Assembly (NCBI GenBank): GCA_964654045.1 | Contig: CAZZHU010000001.1 | Location: forward strand, 43,572-95,229 | Length of the DNA stretch: 51,658 nucleotides | From: an uncultured Leptospirales bacterium | Lineage (GTDB): Bacteria > Spirochaetota > UBA4802 > UBA5550 | Reading direction: 5' to 3' | In this document: positions 7,667 through 17,330 of the stretch, in pieces | Position numbering within the stretch: the first letter of the stretch is position 1 | How the letters are laid out: the number at the start of each line of letters is the position of its first letter | Notes under the pieces: model-generated | The model's input: only the letters and a program-made list of their open reading frames with translations | Database searches by the model: none | Told to the model about the DNA's origin: nothing | Made by a program: the position numbers and the translations under genes

Positions 7667-9142
7667 ATGCTTGATTCGCCAGATCTGGCAAAACAGTTCG
7701 ACCGCGGGGAAGAGGTCTGTATCGGCTTTCAATATGTGACCAGGGATATTGAAATTGATATCAATTCACTCCTTGCCAAGGTTCTTTCCCGCGTGGACAT
7801 GGCCTACCTCTATGACACCTTCGAGTCTATCATCCGGGAGCTGGTCCAGAACGCCGTAAAGGCAAACATGAAGAGAGTCTGGTTCGGGGAAATGAAGCTG
7901 GATATCAACGACAGCGAGGATTACCTTCAGGGTATGCGGAAGTTCAGGAACGTGGTCTACCACCCCGAGCTGCTGAAGGAAAAACTCCTGGCAAGCCCCT
8001 ACCGCGTTGCGCTGAGGCTGCGGAAGAACGAAGGGGGGATCGTTATTGAAATCAGCAACAATGCCCGTATCGTTCCCGTTGAGCTTGAAAGGCTGCGGAG
8101 CCGCGCGAAAAAGGCGGTCGAGTGCGGCAATTTTGCCGAGGCATACGAAAACATGTACGACGCGTCGGAAGGAGCGGGCCTGGGGATTATCCTGTCGGTC
8201 ATGCTGCTGAAGAATGCCGGGATGGATTCGAAAAATTTCAGCATACGCACGGACGGTGATTTACTGAGGATTTCCATGCTGATCCCCTTCAGGCTGAAAG
8301 GTTCCGAGATCATCTCGGAGATAGGGAGCAGGATACTGGAGGACGTGAGGACTCTGCCGACGTTCCCGGAGAACATACCGGAGCTGCGCGCGCTCTGCAA
8401 CAACCCCGACACGAGCATCGATGCCATTGCGGACAAGATCTCTCTTGATCCGGCCCTTGCCGCCGATGTCCTGAAACTCTCGAATTCCGCGGGCTTCATA
8501 ACCGGCAAGCGGATCAACAGGATCCATGACGCCATCATGATCATCGGGCTGAAAAATCTGGAGTCAATCCTGATTACATCGGCCTCGCGGAAAATACTGG
8601 ATAAGCGGTACCGGAAGTTTGAGCAGGTGTGGGAGCACTGCAACAAGAATGCCTTCTTCGCGCGCGAGATAGCGCTTGAAAAGGGATATGGAAAGATAGC
8701 CGACGGCGTGTTCATTGCCGGACTTCTGCATGATATCGGGAAAATCGTGCTCCTGTCGACCGATATCGGTCTGGTGGAACAGATCGCTGACATCGTCAGG
8801 AACAGGAAAATCAGGACCACCACTCTCCTTGAGGAGATTCATATCGGCATCAGCCATTCAACCATCGGGGCGTCCATCGCGGAGAGATGGAATTTCCCGG
8901 AGGAACTGGTCGAGACGATCAGGTATCACCATGCCCCCCTCAGCCCGGGGATCGTCAACCGGGACATGGTCATGATCGTGTACCTTGCCAACCAGCTGTG
9001 CAACATGGAGGCGAAGGAGCTGGACACCATGTTTTTCGAGGCCGATGTGCTCGCGAAATTCGGCATCGGTACCCGGGACGAGCTTGACGAGTTGCTGCAG
9101 CGGCTCCGGAACAAATATTACATGCAGAAAAAGCTGATATAG
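7667..9142 (+). CDS. GHKL (HATPase-like) domain fused to an HDOD domain
   Basis: N-box-like IRELVQNAVKAN and G-box-like ASEGAGLGIILSV, with no His-phosphoacceptor domain visible. The C-terminal HDOD is marked by LPTFPENIPELRALCNNPDTSIDAIADKISLDPALAADVLKLSNSAGF and GLLHDIGKIVL. The ORF is open from GTG 7616. Confidence 0.7.
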   Translation: MLDSPDLAKQFDRGEEVCIGFQYVTRDIEIDINSLLAKVLSRVDMAYLYDTFESIIRELVQNAVKANMKRVWFGEMKLDINDSEDYLQGMRKFRNVVYHPELLKEKLLASPYRVALRLRKNEGGIVIEISNNARIVPVELERLRSRAKKAVECGNFAEAYENMYDASEGAGLGIILSVMLLKNAGMDSKNFSIRTDGDLLRISMLIPFRLKGSEIISEIGSRILEDVRTLPTFPENIPELRALCNNPDTSIDAIADKISLDPALAADVLKLSNSAGFITGKRINRIHDAIMIIGLKNLESILITSASRKILDKRYRKFEQVWEHCNKNAFFAREIALEKGYGKIADGVFIAGLLHDIGKIVLLSTDIGLVEQIADIVRNRKIRTTTLLEEIHIGISHSTIGASIAERWNFPEELVETIRYHHAPLSPGIVNRDMVMIVYLANQLCNMEAKELDTMFFEADVLAKFGIGTRDELDELLQRLRNKYYMQKKLI

Positions 9143-9148
9143 AACGCC

Positions 9149-10858
9149 ATGGGCACGTACGAATTGAAAGATACCCCCGGCGGCAAGCATACGCTCATCT
9201 ACCGGAATTCCCGGGAAGTTCGGCTGCATTCCGCCTATGAGCCGGACCGCGAAGCTGAGCGGGCCGTCGGGAACTTTTCCACGGGCAGGGCTACCCTGAT
9301 CGCCGTATCCGGGATCGGCCTGGGTTACCACCTGGAGAGCCTCAAGAAGCGGTTCCCCGGAAAAACGGTGGTGGCGGTGGAGCATGATCCCGAAGTGGTG
9401 GCGCTGGCCCGGAAGGCCTGTCCGGGGCATCTGGAGGGCGTTGCGATAGTCTCCTCCGGGGCGGACCTTGCTTCCATATTCGAGGAGATCGATATGTCGG
9501 CGTTTCGAGGTATCGCCCATTACATTCACCGGCCGTCGTACCAGCTGTACCGGGATTTTTACGACGCCGTCTTCCGGGACATGAACCAGTACGCCACGTC
9601 GAAGATCAGCGACCTGCTGACGCGGTTCGAGTTCGAGGAGCGGTGGGTCGAGAACATTCTCCGCAACGCCGGGCACCTGTTCGCATCATCCCGCGTCCGT
9701 GACCTTTTCGGCGCCTTCACGGGCTGTCCCGGTGTCATCGTGTCGGCGGGGCCGAGCCTGCGCAAAAATGTCGATCTCCTTGACCGGATGCGGGACCGGG
9801 CCCTCATCGTGGCCGTGGACACGGCGGCGCCGGTGCTCCAGAAAAGGAACATCACGCCCCATCTCATCATGACCCTGGACGCGCAGAAATACAGCATCAA
9901 GCATTTCATGGGACTCCGTGAGAGCGGAGCCGCGCTTGTCGCGGACCTGGTATGCTATCCGCCGGTCCTGAGGACATACCGCGGGCCGCGTATCGTGAGC
10001 ACCACGTCAAAGTACTACACTTCCTCCGGGGGCGGCCTGAAACGTGAAATGACGCCGCTGATGGATTGGGTTGAAACGCATGCGGGGCCCGTCGGTGATA
10101 TCCAGTCGGGCGGCTCCGTCGCTACCAGCGCTTTTGACCTTCTCCTGAACCTCGGATGCGGTCCCATAATCCTGGTCGGGCAGGACCTGGCTTATACCGG
10201 GAGGGAGATTCACTGCAGCGGCACGCATCACAACGACGAATGGCTTCCCCGGTACTCGCGGTTGTACAACCTGGACACCATTAACCAGAACGTCGTGCGG
10301 AGACGCAAGATAAAGTATGTGCCGGCCTACGGGGGCGCGGGATCGGTCATCTCCGATTTCGTGTTTGACCTGTATCGCGGCTGGTTCGAGGATTCGGCCC
10401 TGAAGGTGAGGGTGCCGGTTATCAACGCCACTGAGGGCGGCGCCCGCGTCGGCAATACCGAGGAGCGTTCACTGTCTTTTCTTGCCGGGAGGTATCCCGT
10501 GCGGACGCCCTCTCCCGGCGAAGTACTGGATCGGGCCCTGTCCGCGGAGAAACGTGAAACGCCGGATCGCCTGATCGCGGCCATGGGGAACGCCATCCGG
10601 GAGCTCGGCGATATCCGCGGTATCGCTGAAAAGGCGCTGGCCGGCCGGGAGGATGTCCGTGCCGTCGAGGAACAGGCGAACAGCCAGGGTCTGCGGCCGG
10701 TCCTGCAGCCGTTCCTCAGGAAAGCCCGAACCTTTCTCGCGCGCTATAACGCGGCCCCGGAAGAGGCGGAGCGCCTTATGCTGAAGGATATTATTTCCGC
10801 GGCCGGGCGCCTTATCCCACTGCTTGAAAAGAGCAGCCGGGAATTATCCGGCCTTTGA
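9149..10858 (+). CDS. DUF115 / MptE-like (Maf-type motility-associated) family protein
   Basis: Core GVIVSAGPSLRKNVDLL...ALIVAVDTAAPVLQKRNITPHLIMTLDAQ is typical of the 6-hydroxymethylpterin diphosphokinase MptE-like/DUF115 fold. Confidence 0.7.
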   Translation: MGTYELKDTPGGKHTLIYRNSREVRLHSAYEPDREAERAVGNFSTGRATLIAVSGIGLGYHLESLKKRFPGKTVVAVEHDPEVVALARKACPGHLEGVAIVSSGADLASIFEEIDMSAFRGIAHYIHRPSYQLYRDFYDAVFRDMNQYATSKISDLLTRFEFEERWVENILRNAGHLFASSRVRDLFGAFTGCPGVIVSAGPSLRKNVDLLDRMRDRALIVAVDTAAPVLQKRNITPHLIMTLDAQKYSIKHFMGLRESGAALVADLVCYPPVLRTYRGPRIVSTTSKYYTSSGGGLKREMTPLMDWVETHAGPVGDIQSGGSVATSAFDLLLNLGCGPIILVGQDLAYTGREIHCSGTHHNDEWLPRYSRLYNLDTINQNVVRRRKIKYVPAYGGAGSVISDFVFDLYRGWFEDSALKVRVPVINATEGGARVGNTEERSLSFLAGRYPVRTPSPGEVLDRALSAEKRETPDRLIAAMGNAIRELGDIRGIAEKALAGREDVRAVEEQANSQGLRPVLQPFLRKARTFLARYNAAPEEAERLMLKDIISAAGRLIPLLEKSSRELSGL

Positions 10859-11001
10859 AGGCGAGGTCGCGTGACTTCTCCTTCTTAAGATTCATGTCAA
10901 AAAGGCCGATAATTCCAATGATGTACTCTATATGATTCATTGATCGGGGTCATATGCGTCTTCTTTTTCATCACAGATTTGATACGGACAGGATATATTT
11001 C

Positions 11002-11844
11002 ATGTATAAAAGATTGTCACTGGTCATGATCATCGTCGCCCTTTCCATGCTTGATTCTCCGGCGCAGGTCAAACCGATGCCGCCTGACGCGGTGGACTGG
11101 TACCGGGGAGTCATTGTCACCCATGTCGCGTCGCAGGTGCACTTTGACGGCCGCGGGACGCCGACTGACCGGGAGAGCGGAACGGTGATTTCGCTGAACC
11201 GGGGCAGGGTTGATGCGTACCGGAAAGCGCGCGACCGCGCCGTTGAGAACATGGTGCGGCTGGTCAAGGGGATCAGGGTAGACGCCGATACGATGCTGGC
11301 AGACCTGCTGGAACAGAGCGATACGGCGCAGAAGCGCATCGTGAATGTCATAGCTTCAAAAATGAAAGTGCGCGAGTATCCGGCCGGTTTCGACGCGTCG
11401 GCATGCCGGGCCGAGCTGAAAATCGGGGATCTCCTGCACGCCGTTCCCTATTCATTTCCGGGCGAGGAATTTCCCGTGCGTGTCGATAACCCCATACCGA
11501 CCAATTACACGAGCCTTGTCATCGACACCAGGGGGCTTCACGTGGAACCGATGATCCTTCCGTCCGTATACGGCGAGGACGGGCTCGAGGTGTACGGCCG
11601 TTATTACGTGGACATACGGTATGCGGGAAAGCAGGGACTGGCCTCCTATGCCTATAACGAGGACGAGGCCATGAAGATCCGCGCAGCCGGCGGTCATCCC
11701 TATTATACCATCGCGGTCAAGGAAATGAAGGGGTGCCCGGTCATTGCCGATCGTGATATCCGTAAGATTTTCAGCAGCGGCGATACCGTGGGGCAGCTGA
11801 AGCGGTGCCGGGTAATTTTTATTATTGATAAAAAGAAAAAATGA
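11002..11844 (+). CDS. Exported hypothetical protein
   Basis: Signal-like N-terminus (MYKRLSLVMIIVALSMLDSPAQV). The ORF is open from 10954. I recognise no catalytic motif. Confidence 0.5.
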   Translation: MYKRLSLVMIIVALSMLDSPAQVKPMPPDAVDWYRGVIVTHVASQVHFDGRGTPTDRESGTVISLNRGRVDAYRKARDRAVENMVRLVKGIRVDADTMLADLLEQSDTAQKRIVNVIASKMKVREYPAGFDASACRAELKIGDLLHAVPYSFPGEEFPVRVDNPIPTNYTSLVIDTRGLHVEPMILPSVYGEDGLEVYGRYYVDIRYAGKQGLASYAYNEDEAMKIRAAGGHPYYTIAVKEMKGCPVIADRDIRKIFSSGDTVGQLKRCRVIFIIDKKKK

Positions 11845-12050
11845 TGGTATATTAGATTTGTTCCAAGCTTGATTGTGGGGTAGTTGCTTTGGAGCCCCCC
11901 CACCCACAGGGAGCTGCTTTTTTAATTGCGGATTTTATAACCATGATTGCCAAGTCCCCTTCAGGGGATTCAGGGGGCTTAAGACGCAGATCCGAACTTG
12001 ATGATAATGTTAACAACAATAAACGTATATAGAATCTCTGAGAGATCGTA

Positions 12051-12851
12051 ATGAAAGTAAAACTGACCCCGGAAACAATGAACAATGCCGTATCAGGCGT
12101 TGATAGCCTCATTGGAAAAATTCCCAAGAGGACCCAGCAGACGATCAGGAATCTCTTTGTGCTTACGATGTTCTGCCTGGTCGGAGGCGGGGTCGTACTG
12201 GGAGTCATGTGGGGGAAAGAGGCGGCGGAGATCAAGAGCGCTCCGATCATCGAGCGCACCAATGACGCCTTTGATCTGGATATAAAGCGCGAGCGGCCGG
12301 AGGGGAATTTTTCGATGCTCGATACCGAAATGATCAATGAAATGAAAAAAATGGATATCGACAAGGTTCAGTTCCCTACCAGGACGAACATGGAACCGGA
12401 AGTCGACAAGGGCATCATCGAGTCGGAATCCGGGAAGAAAGTCAGGGAGTCCCCGGAGGTCAGGATACAGGATCCCCTCTTCGAAGGGGATTACAGGAAG
12501 AGGCCCTCGATCGAGTCTGACGTGAGGCCCGTTGAAAAGAGGTCCCGTGCTTCCCTGGAAGACCGGGAGCCGGTTTTGGATAGAGAAAAAAAGGAGATAG
12601 GGCCGATCCGGGAACGGGAATCGAGAGAGCGGCAGGAACCGGTCCGGCGGGATTCCGGTATCCAGCCGCCGGAGAGGGGCCCGGGTGACAGGGAGGCTTC
12701 CCCGCGCAGGGAGCGTGAATCGACACCCCCCGCGGATATACGGAAGCGGGACTCGGAGGTGAGGCCGCTCCAGAAGAAAAGAGCGTCCCGGGGATCGGAT
12801 ATACGCTCACCGGAACCACAACATCACGATGAAGGAATTATCGGAGAGTGA
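12051..12851 (+). CDS. Single-pass membrane protein with long R/E/P/S-rich low-complexity tail
   Basis: One TM helix (LFVLTMFCLVGGGVVLGVMW) followed by about 200 aa of charged repeats (RERESRERQEPVRRD, RRERESTPP). Confidence 0.5.
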   Translation: MKVKLTPETMNNAVSGVDSLIGKIPKRTQQTIRNLFVLTMFCLVGGGVVLGVMWGKEAAEIKSAPIIERTNDAFDLDIKRERPEGNFSMLDTEMINEMKKMDIDKVQFPTRTNMEPEVDKGIIESESGKKVRESPEVRIQDPLFEGDYRKRPSIESDVRPVEKRSRASLEDREPVLDREKKEIGPIRERESRERQEPVRRDSGIQPPERGPGDREASPRRERESTPPADIRKRDSEVRPLQKKRASRGSDIRSPEPQHHDEGIIGE

Positions 12852-13786
12852 AACATATCATACTGATCATGCTGCTGTGCGCCCTTCCCGCCACGGGGAG
12901 AGATCTCGCACGGTATCATATCGCCAAGGACTTCACGCAGACAGAGGATATCATTAATAGTATCCTGAAAGAGGAATCGGACGGAAAGCCGGCCGGGCAG
13001 AAAAAGGCCGATGCGCCCGATGCATCGGGCATTGAAAAGAAGGATGCGGCGCCGCCGGCCGATGAGAAGAAACCGATCCCGGATGCCGGGCCCCTGAAAG
13101 AGAAGAAAGGCGCGGCCGCGAAGGAGGAAACGGCCCCGCGGGTGACCAACGAGGAGCAAGTACTCCTCAAGACCGGCATTGATTTTTACAACAACGGGCT
13201 CTATGAACATTCCCTGAAAAAATTCCAGGACCTGTCGGCAAAGTTTCCGCAGGGTACCTTCAAGGACAGCGCCCGTTTCTGGATGGGCAAGATATACCTG
13301 AAGCAGTACAGGTACGATGACGCGATCAGGGAGTTTTCCTCCATAACGGCCGATTCGGGCGATTATCCCGCCTCCCTCTATTATTCGGGCGAGAGCCACC
13401 TGATGAAAGGGAACCAGATATCTTCGATTGAATATTATCAGCGGGTCCAGGCGCAGTTTCCCGACCATGAGCTCGCTGACAAGGCCCTGTTGAATATCGG
13501 CAAGCTGTATCTGAACCAGCAGAAAGGGGCCCAGGCCCTTGATTCCGCGGTGAAGATTATCAAGTATTACAAGGACCGCGATACCGTTGATGACGCCTAT
13601 TACCTGATGGGAAAGGTCTACGAGAAGGACCAGCGGCTGAAGGACGTTGAGACCGCCCGGAAGATTTACAGGCAGTTCATAAAGAAAGGCGAGTCTGATG
13701 CCCGCTTCGGCAGGTCGCCGCTGAAGAAGCGCGTCCAGGATGACCTGCGGCGCATGGACGACATGTATTTCAAACTGGAAAAATGA
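12848..13786 (+). CDS. TPR-repeat protein, YbgF/CpoB- or BamD-like
   Basis: The GTG start overlaps the previous stop (GTGA). It has a signal peptide and TPR helices (YNNGLYEHSLKKFQDLSAKFP, ARFWMGKIYLKQYRYDDAIREF, ALLNIGKLYL). Confidence 0.6.
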   Translation: MKHIILIMLLCALPATGRDLARYHIAKDFTQTEDIINSILKEESDGKPAGQKKADAPDASGIEKKDAAPPADEKKPIPDAGPLKEKKGAAAKEETAPRVTNEEQVLLKTGIDFYNNGLYEHSLKKFQDLSAKFPQGTFKDSARFWMGKIYLKQYRYDDAIREFSSITADSGDYPASLYYSGESHLMKGNQISSIEYYQRVQAQFPDHELADKALLNIGKLYLNQQKGAQALDSAVKIIKYYKDRDTVDDAYYLMGKVYEKDQRLKDVETARKIYRQFIKKGESDARFGRSPLKKRVQDDLRRMDDMYFKLEK

Positions 13787-13796
13787 CAGGTGGCGG

Positions 13797-14261
13797 ATGA
13801 TGGAGCAGGGCAAGTCGAAATATAGCTACCGTGACACCGGGCTTACGCCGCATATGGAGGATTATGTTGAGGCGATAGTCGTGCTTTCATCCACCAACAA
13901 GGTGGTGCGCGTAAAGGACATCGCCAAAAAGCTGAATATCAAGATGCCCAGCGTATCGGCCGCCCTGAACAAGTTGAAGGAAATGGACCTCATAGAATAT
14001 GAAAAGTACGGCTACATCGAGCTTACCGTCAAGGGGCACGAACTGGCCGACCGCGTGCTGAAGCGGCATACCTGCCTCATTGATTTTTTCGCCAACGTGC
14101 TCCAGGTCGACCAGGCCGCGGCCGATTGCGAGGCCTGCAAGGTTGAGCATGACCTGACGCCCGACACCTGTACGCAGATCCACAAGTTCCTGGATTTCTT
14201 CAGGGAGGAGGAATCGGCGGGGAGCGAATGGATCGCCCGGCTTAAGAAGGCCCTCAAATAA
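13797..14261 (+). CDS. DtxR/MntR-family metal-dependent transcriptional repressor
   Basis: HMEDYVEAIVVL...VRVKDIAKKLNIKMPSVSAALNKLKEMDLIEYEKYGYIELTVKGHELADRVLKRHTCLIDFF is the winged-HTH plus dimerisation pattern of this family. The ATG at 13797 follows GGTGG. Confidence 0.8.
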   Translation: MMEQGKSKYSYRDTGLTPHMEDYVEAIVVLSSTNKVVRVKDIAKKLNIKMPSVSAALNKLKEMDLIEYEKYGYIELTVKGHELADRVLKRHTCLIDFFANVLQVDQAAADCEACKVEHDLTPDTCTQIHKFLDFFREEESAGSEWIARLKKALK

Positions 14262-14264
14262 AAA

Positions 14265-14286
14265 CGGGCGCATAAAACCGCGCCCG
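14265..14286. terminator. Bidirectional stem-loop between convergent genes
   Basis: CGGGCGC (14265-14271), loop ATAAAACC, GCGCCCG (14280-14286). This is a 7-bp GC stem lying between the DtxR-like stop and the EF-G stop. Confidence 0.6.
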
Positions 14287-14326
14287 CCGGATATATTCAA
14301 AAATATCGCTGATCGGCTGGATGTGA

Positions 14327-16405
14327 TCAGCTCGCTTTTTCCTTTTTCTTGGCCTCCATATCTTTCAGGACCTTTTCCTGCACATCCTTGTTCAACGGGA
14401 CATACTTGAAGAATTCCATGGAGTAGTTGGCCCGGCCGCTCGATATGTTCCGCAGCTGCGTGGCGTAGCCGAACATCTCCATGAGCGGAACAAATCCGAT
14501 GACCTTCTGGGCTCCCTTTCGGTAGCGCCGCATCGATTCAATCCGTCCCCGCCGCTTGTTCAGGTCGCCCACGACCTCGCCGATATAATCGTCCGGGGTG
14601 TTGACTTCGATCTTCATCATCGGCTCGAGCAGGATCGGGTTGGCCTTGAGAAAGCCTTCCTTGAAGCATATGGATGCGCAGGTCCTGAAGGCCATGTCGG
14701 AGGAGTCAACCTCGTGATAGGTGCCGTCGAGGAGGACCACCTTAACATCCACCACCGGGAAATCGGACAGAATCCCGCCCGCCATTGCCGCCTCTACGCC
14801 CTTGCGCACGGACGGAATATACTCGTTCGGAATGACGCCGCCCTTGATCTTGTTTTCGAACTCGAAACCCTTGCCGTCGTTGGGCTCCAGACGCATGACG
14901 GTGTGGCCGTACTGGCCGCGGCCGCCGGACTGCTTGACGTGCTTGTGCTCGCACTCAACTTCGCGGGTGATAGTTTCGCGGAAGGCCACGGACGGAGCCC
15001 CGACTTCGGCGATGGCGTCGAACTCGGTCTTCAGGCGGTCGATGATGATCTCCAGGTGGAGCTCGCCCATACCGGCGATGATCGTTTCGTTCGTCTCATC
15101 GTTGAACCGGACCGTGAAAGACGGGTCCTCCATGGCCAGCTTGCGCAGGGCGGCCCCGAGTTTTTCCTCCTCCTTCCTGGAGGGCGGATTTATCTTCATC
15201 TCGATGACTGCCGGTGGGATGAATATCGACTCAAGGTAAAGGGGATGATCGGAGTCGCACAGCGTGTCCCCGGTCTTGGTGAATTTCATTCCGATGAGGG
15301 CGACGATGTCGCCGGGACCGGCCGTTTCGACCTCTTCGCGCTCCTTGGCGTGGATCCGGAGGATCCGGCCGATGCGCTCCATTTTTTTCTTCGTTGAATT
15401 GTATACCTGCATGCCGCTCTTCAGTTCGCCGGAGTAGACCCTGATGAAGGTCTGCTGCCCCACGTAGGGATCGTGGATCAGTTTAAAGGCGAGGGCCGCG
15501 AAGGGGTCCTTCGCGGAGGGATGCCGGGTATGCGATTTTTCCGGGTCATCCATGTCAATGCCGACCACGGCGCCGATGTCGATGGGCGATGGAAGGTAAT
15601 CCACAACCGAGTCGAGCAGCTGGTGCACTCCCTTGTTCTTGTAGGCGGACCCGCACATTACCGGGGTGAACAGCATCTTGATGGTGGCCTCGCGGGCGGC
15701 TTTTTTAAGAAGATCGGTGGGGATCTCCTTGCCGTTCAGATACAGGTCCGCTATTTCTTCATTATAATCCGCGAGTTTCTCGATAATATGCTGGCGGGCT
15801 TCCGCGGTTTTTGCCTTGTAAGCCTCGGGAACCTCTTCAATAACCCGCTCCTTGTCCTTGAATAGGTGGGCTTTTCCTTCAATGACATCTATGCAGCCCT
15901 CAAAGCTGTCTTCGATGCCGATAGGAATCTGGAAGGGAACCGGGTTCGCGTCGAGGTATTTCTCCATCTGGCTGACGACTTCATAGAAGTCCGCTCCGAT
16001 GCGGTCCATCTTGTTGATAAAGGCGATCCGTGGCACCCGGTACCGGTCGGCCTGGTTCCACACGGTCTCGCTCTGGGGTTCGACGCCGCCTACCGCGCAG
16101 AAGACGGCGACCATGCCGTCGATGACGCGCAGGGACCGTTCCACTTCAACGGTAAAATCGACGTGACCCGGGGTGTCGATGATGTTGACCATGTGATCGT
16201 TCCATGAGCAGGATATGGCCGCCGAGGCGATGGTAATGCCCCGCTCCTGTTCCTGCTTCATGAAGTCCATCGTGGCTTCGCCGTTGTGCACTTCGCCGAG
16301 CTTTCTCGTGGTCCCGGTGAAGAACAGGATCCGTTCGGTCACGGTGGTTTTACCGGCATCGATATGTGCGGCGATCCCGATATTTCTCACTTTTTGTAAT
16401 GGCAT
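14327..16405 (-). CDS. fusA: Elongation factor G (stand-alone copy, outside an rpsL-rpsG-fusA-tuf context)
   Basis: 692 aa with G1 [17 protein letters not shown] and NKMDR, plus full-length EF-G domain order. Confidence 0.9.
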   Translation of the reverse strand: MPLQKVRNIGIAAHIDAGKTTVTERILFFTGTTRKLGEVHNGEATMDFMKQEQERGITIASAAISCSWNDHMVNIIDTPGHVDFTVEVERSLRVIDGMVAVFCAVGGVEPQSETVWNQADRYRVPRIAFINKMDRIGADFYEVVSQMEKYLDANPVPFQIPIGIEDSFEGCIDVIEGKAHLFKDKERVIEEVPEAYKAKTAEARQHIIEKLADYNEEIADLYLNGKEIPTDLLKKAAREATIKMLFTPVMCGSAYKNKGVHQLLDSVVDYLPSPIDIGAVVGIDMDDPEKSHTRHPSAKDPFAALAFKLIHDPYVGQQTFIRVYSGELKSGMQVYNSTKKKMERIGRILRIHAKEREEVETAGPGDIVALIGMKFTKTGDTLCDSDHPLYLESIFIPPAVIEMKINPPSRKEEEKLGAALRKLAMEDPSFTVRFNDETNETIIAGMGELHLEIIIDRLKTEFDAIAEVGAPSVAFRETITREVECEHKHVKQSGGRGQYGHTVMRLEPNDGKGFEFENKIKGGVIPNEYIPSVRKGVEAAMAGGILSDFPVVDVKVVLLDGTYHEVDSSDMAFRTCASICFKEGFLKANPILLEPMMKIEVNTPDDYIGEVVGDLNKRRGRIESMRRYRKGAQKVIGFVPLMEMFGYATQLRNISSGRANYSMEFFKYVPLNKDVQEKVLKDMEAKKKEKAS

Positions 16406-16597
16406 ATTAATTCCTCAAACTTCTTATTGTATTCGGCAGATCCGGCGCGAGGCAGTCTCTACTGGTATTGTCTATCCTGATGGGCCGTCTTTTGACAAAA
16501 TAAGGGGCATAATCTATTGAGGTCTTTTTTTGTCAATAGGAAATTAAAAAAATTTATATTTGATTTATTGCAATCCTTAATTAATTAAAGGGAGCTA

Positions 16598-16643
16598 AGG
16601 GGCGAAGCCCCTAAAATAGTCCCCGCATCCCGACCAGTCGGGA
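16598..16643 (-). terminator. Two tandem stem-loops downstream of the TPR gene
   Basis: TCCCGA-CCAG-TCGGGA (16628-16643) and AGGGGC-GAA-GCCCCT (16598-16612). The U-tract is only weak. Confidence 0.4.
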
Positions 16644-16684
16644 CTGCGAGCGCGAGACGCCAGTTTAGCAGCAAGCCTATTGAG

Positions 16685-17173
16685 TTATTCTTGCAGAATG
16701 GTTATCATGTTCAACTGCAATTCTGCCTGCTGGCGGAAGGCTGAATCGGCATGGTTTTCGATTATGTCGTTGAATATCTCCGATGCTTTTTTTTCATTTC
16801 CCATCTTGATATGGCAGATGCCGATGTTGAAATAAGCCTCGATGCCACTTTCGGTGTTGCTGAATTCTTCATACAGGGCCTGGTAATTATCAACGGCCTT
16901 CATGTATTCCATCCGGTTAAAGTATATCTCGGCTATGTGGCGGTATACCTCGTGTCGGTGGGTCCCATTGTAGTAGATTTCCAGGTACTCGTTAAAAGTC
17001 TCGAGGGCCTTGTTGTATTTCTTGATCTTTAAGAAGCCTATCCCGTTCTGGAACTTGAGGTCGTCCGCAAGGACGTCAAGGCTCTGGTCTTCTTTCTTTT
17101 CGTCAACTGCGTACACAGCCGCCGGGAGTATGACCAGTGATAGGATGATGAATGCTGTTCTGAGGGTTCCCAT
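16685..17173 (-). CDS. Exported TPR-repeat protein
   Basis: Signal peptide (AFIILSLVILPAAVYA) and TPR helices (GIGFLKIKKYNKALETFNEYL, HIAEIYFNRMEYMKAVDNYQALY). Confidence 0.65.
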   Translation of the reverse strand: MGTLRTAFIILSLVILPAAVYAVDEKKEDQSLDVLADDLKFQNGIGFLKIKKYNKALETFNEYLEIYYNGTHRHEVYRHIAEIYFNRMEYMKAVDNYQALYEEFSNTESGIEAYFNIGICHIKMGNEKKASEIFNDIIENHADSAFRQQAELQLNMITILQE

Positions 17174-17330
17174 GGCAATTATCCTGCCGCACTATGATAT
17201 GGGATATCTATCGGCTCTGATGCGACATAAGATTAGAACTTTTTCTGCCTCGGCAGCCTGGCGGGGAGAGATATCCCGTATCAGGCCATCTCGATCCGCG
17301 CTTCGGGATTGAAGGGCCGCGCGGTTGCAT

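Noticed and set aside
12057-12076. GTAAAACTGACCCCGG at the start of the 12051 ORF as another R2 copy.
   Set aside because: It shares only CTGACCCCG, and the GTAAAA part is on the wrong side relative to the R2 consensus. It is probably coincidental.
12824-13813. Long antisense ORFs opposite well-supported genes. Examples are 12824-13813 (-), 8858-9676 (-), 17325-18044 (+), 19420-20274 (-), 21815-22873 (+), 23928-25178 (-) and 29238-30200 (+).
   Set aside because: Each mirrors a gene with clear family motifs on the other strand. Their translations are R/G/P/H-rich with no recognisable motifs, which is typical of shadow frames in GC-rich coding DNA.
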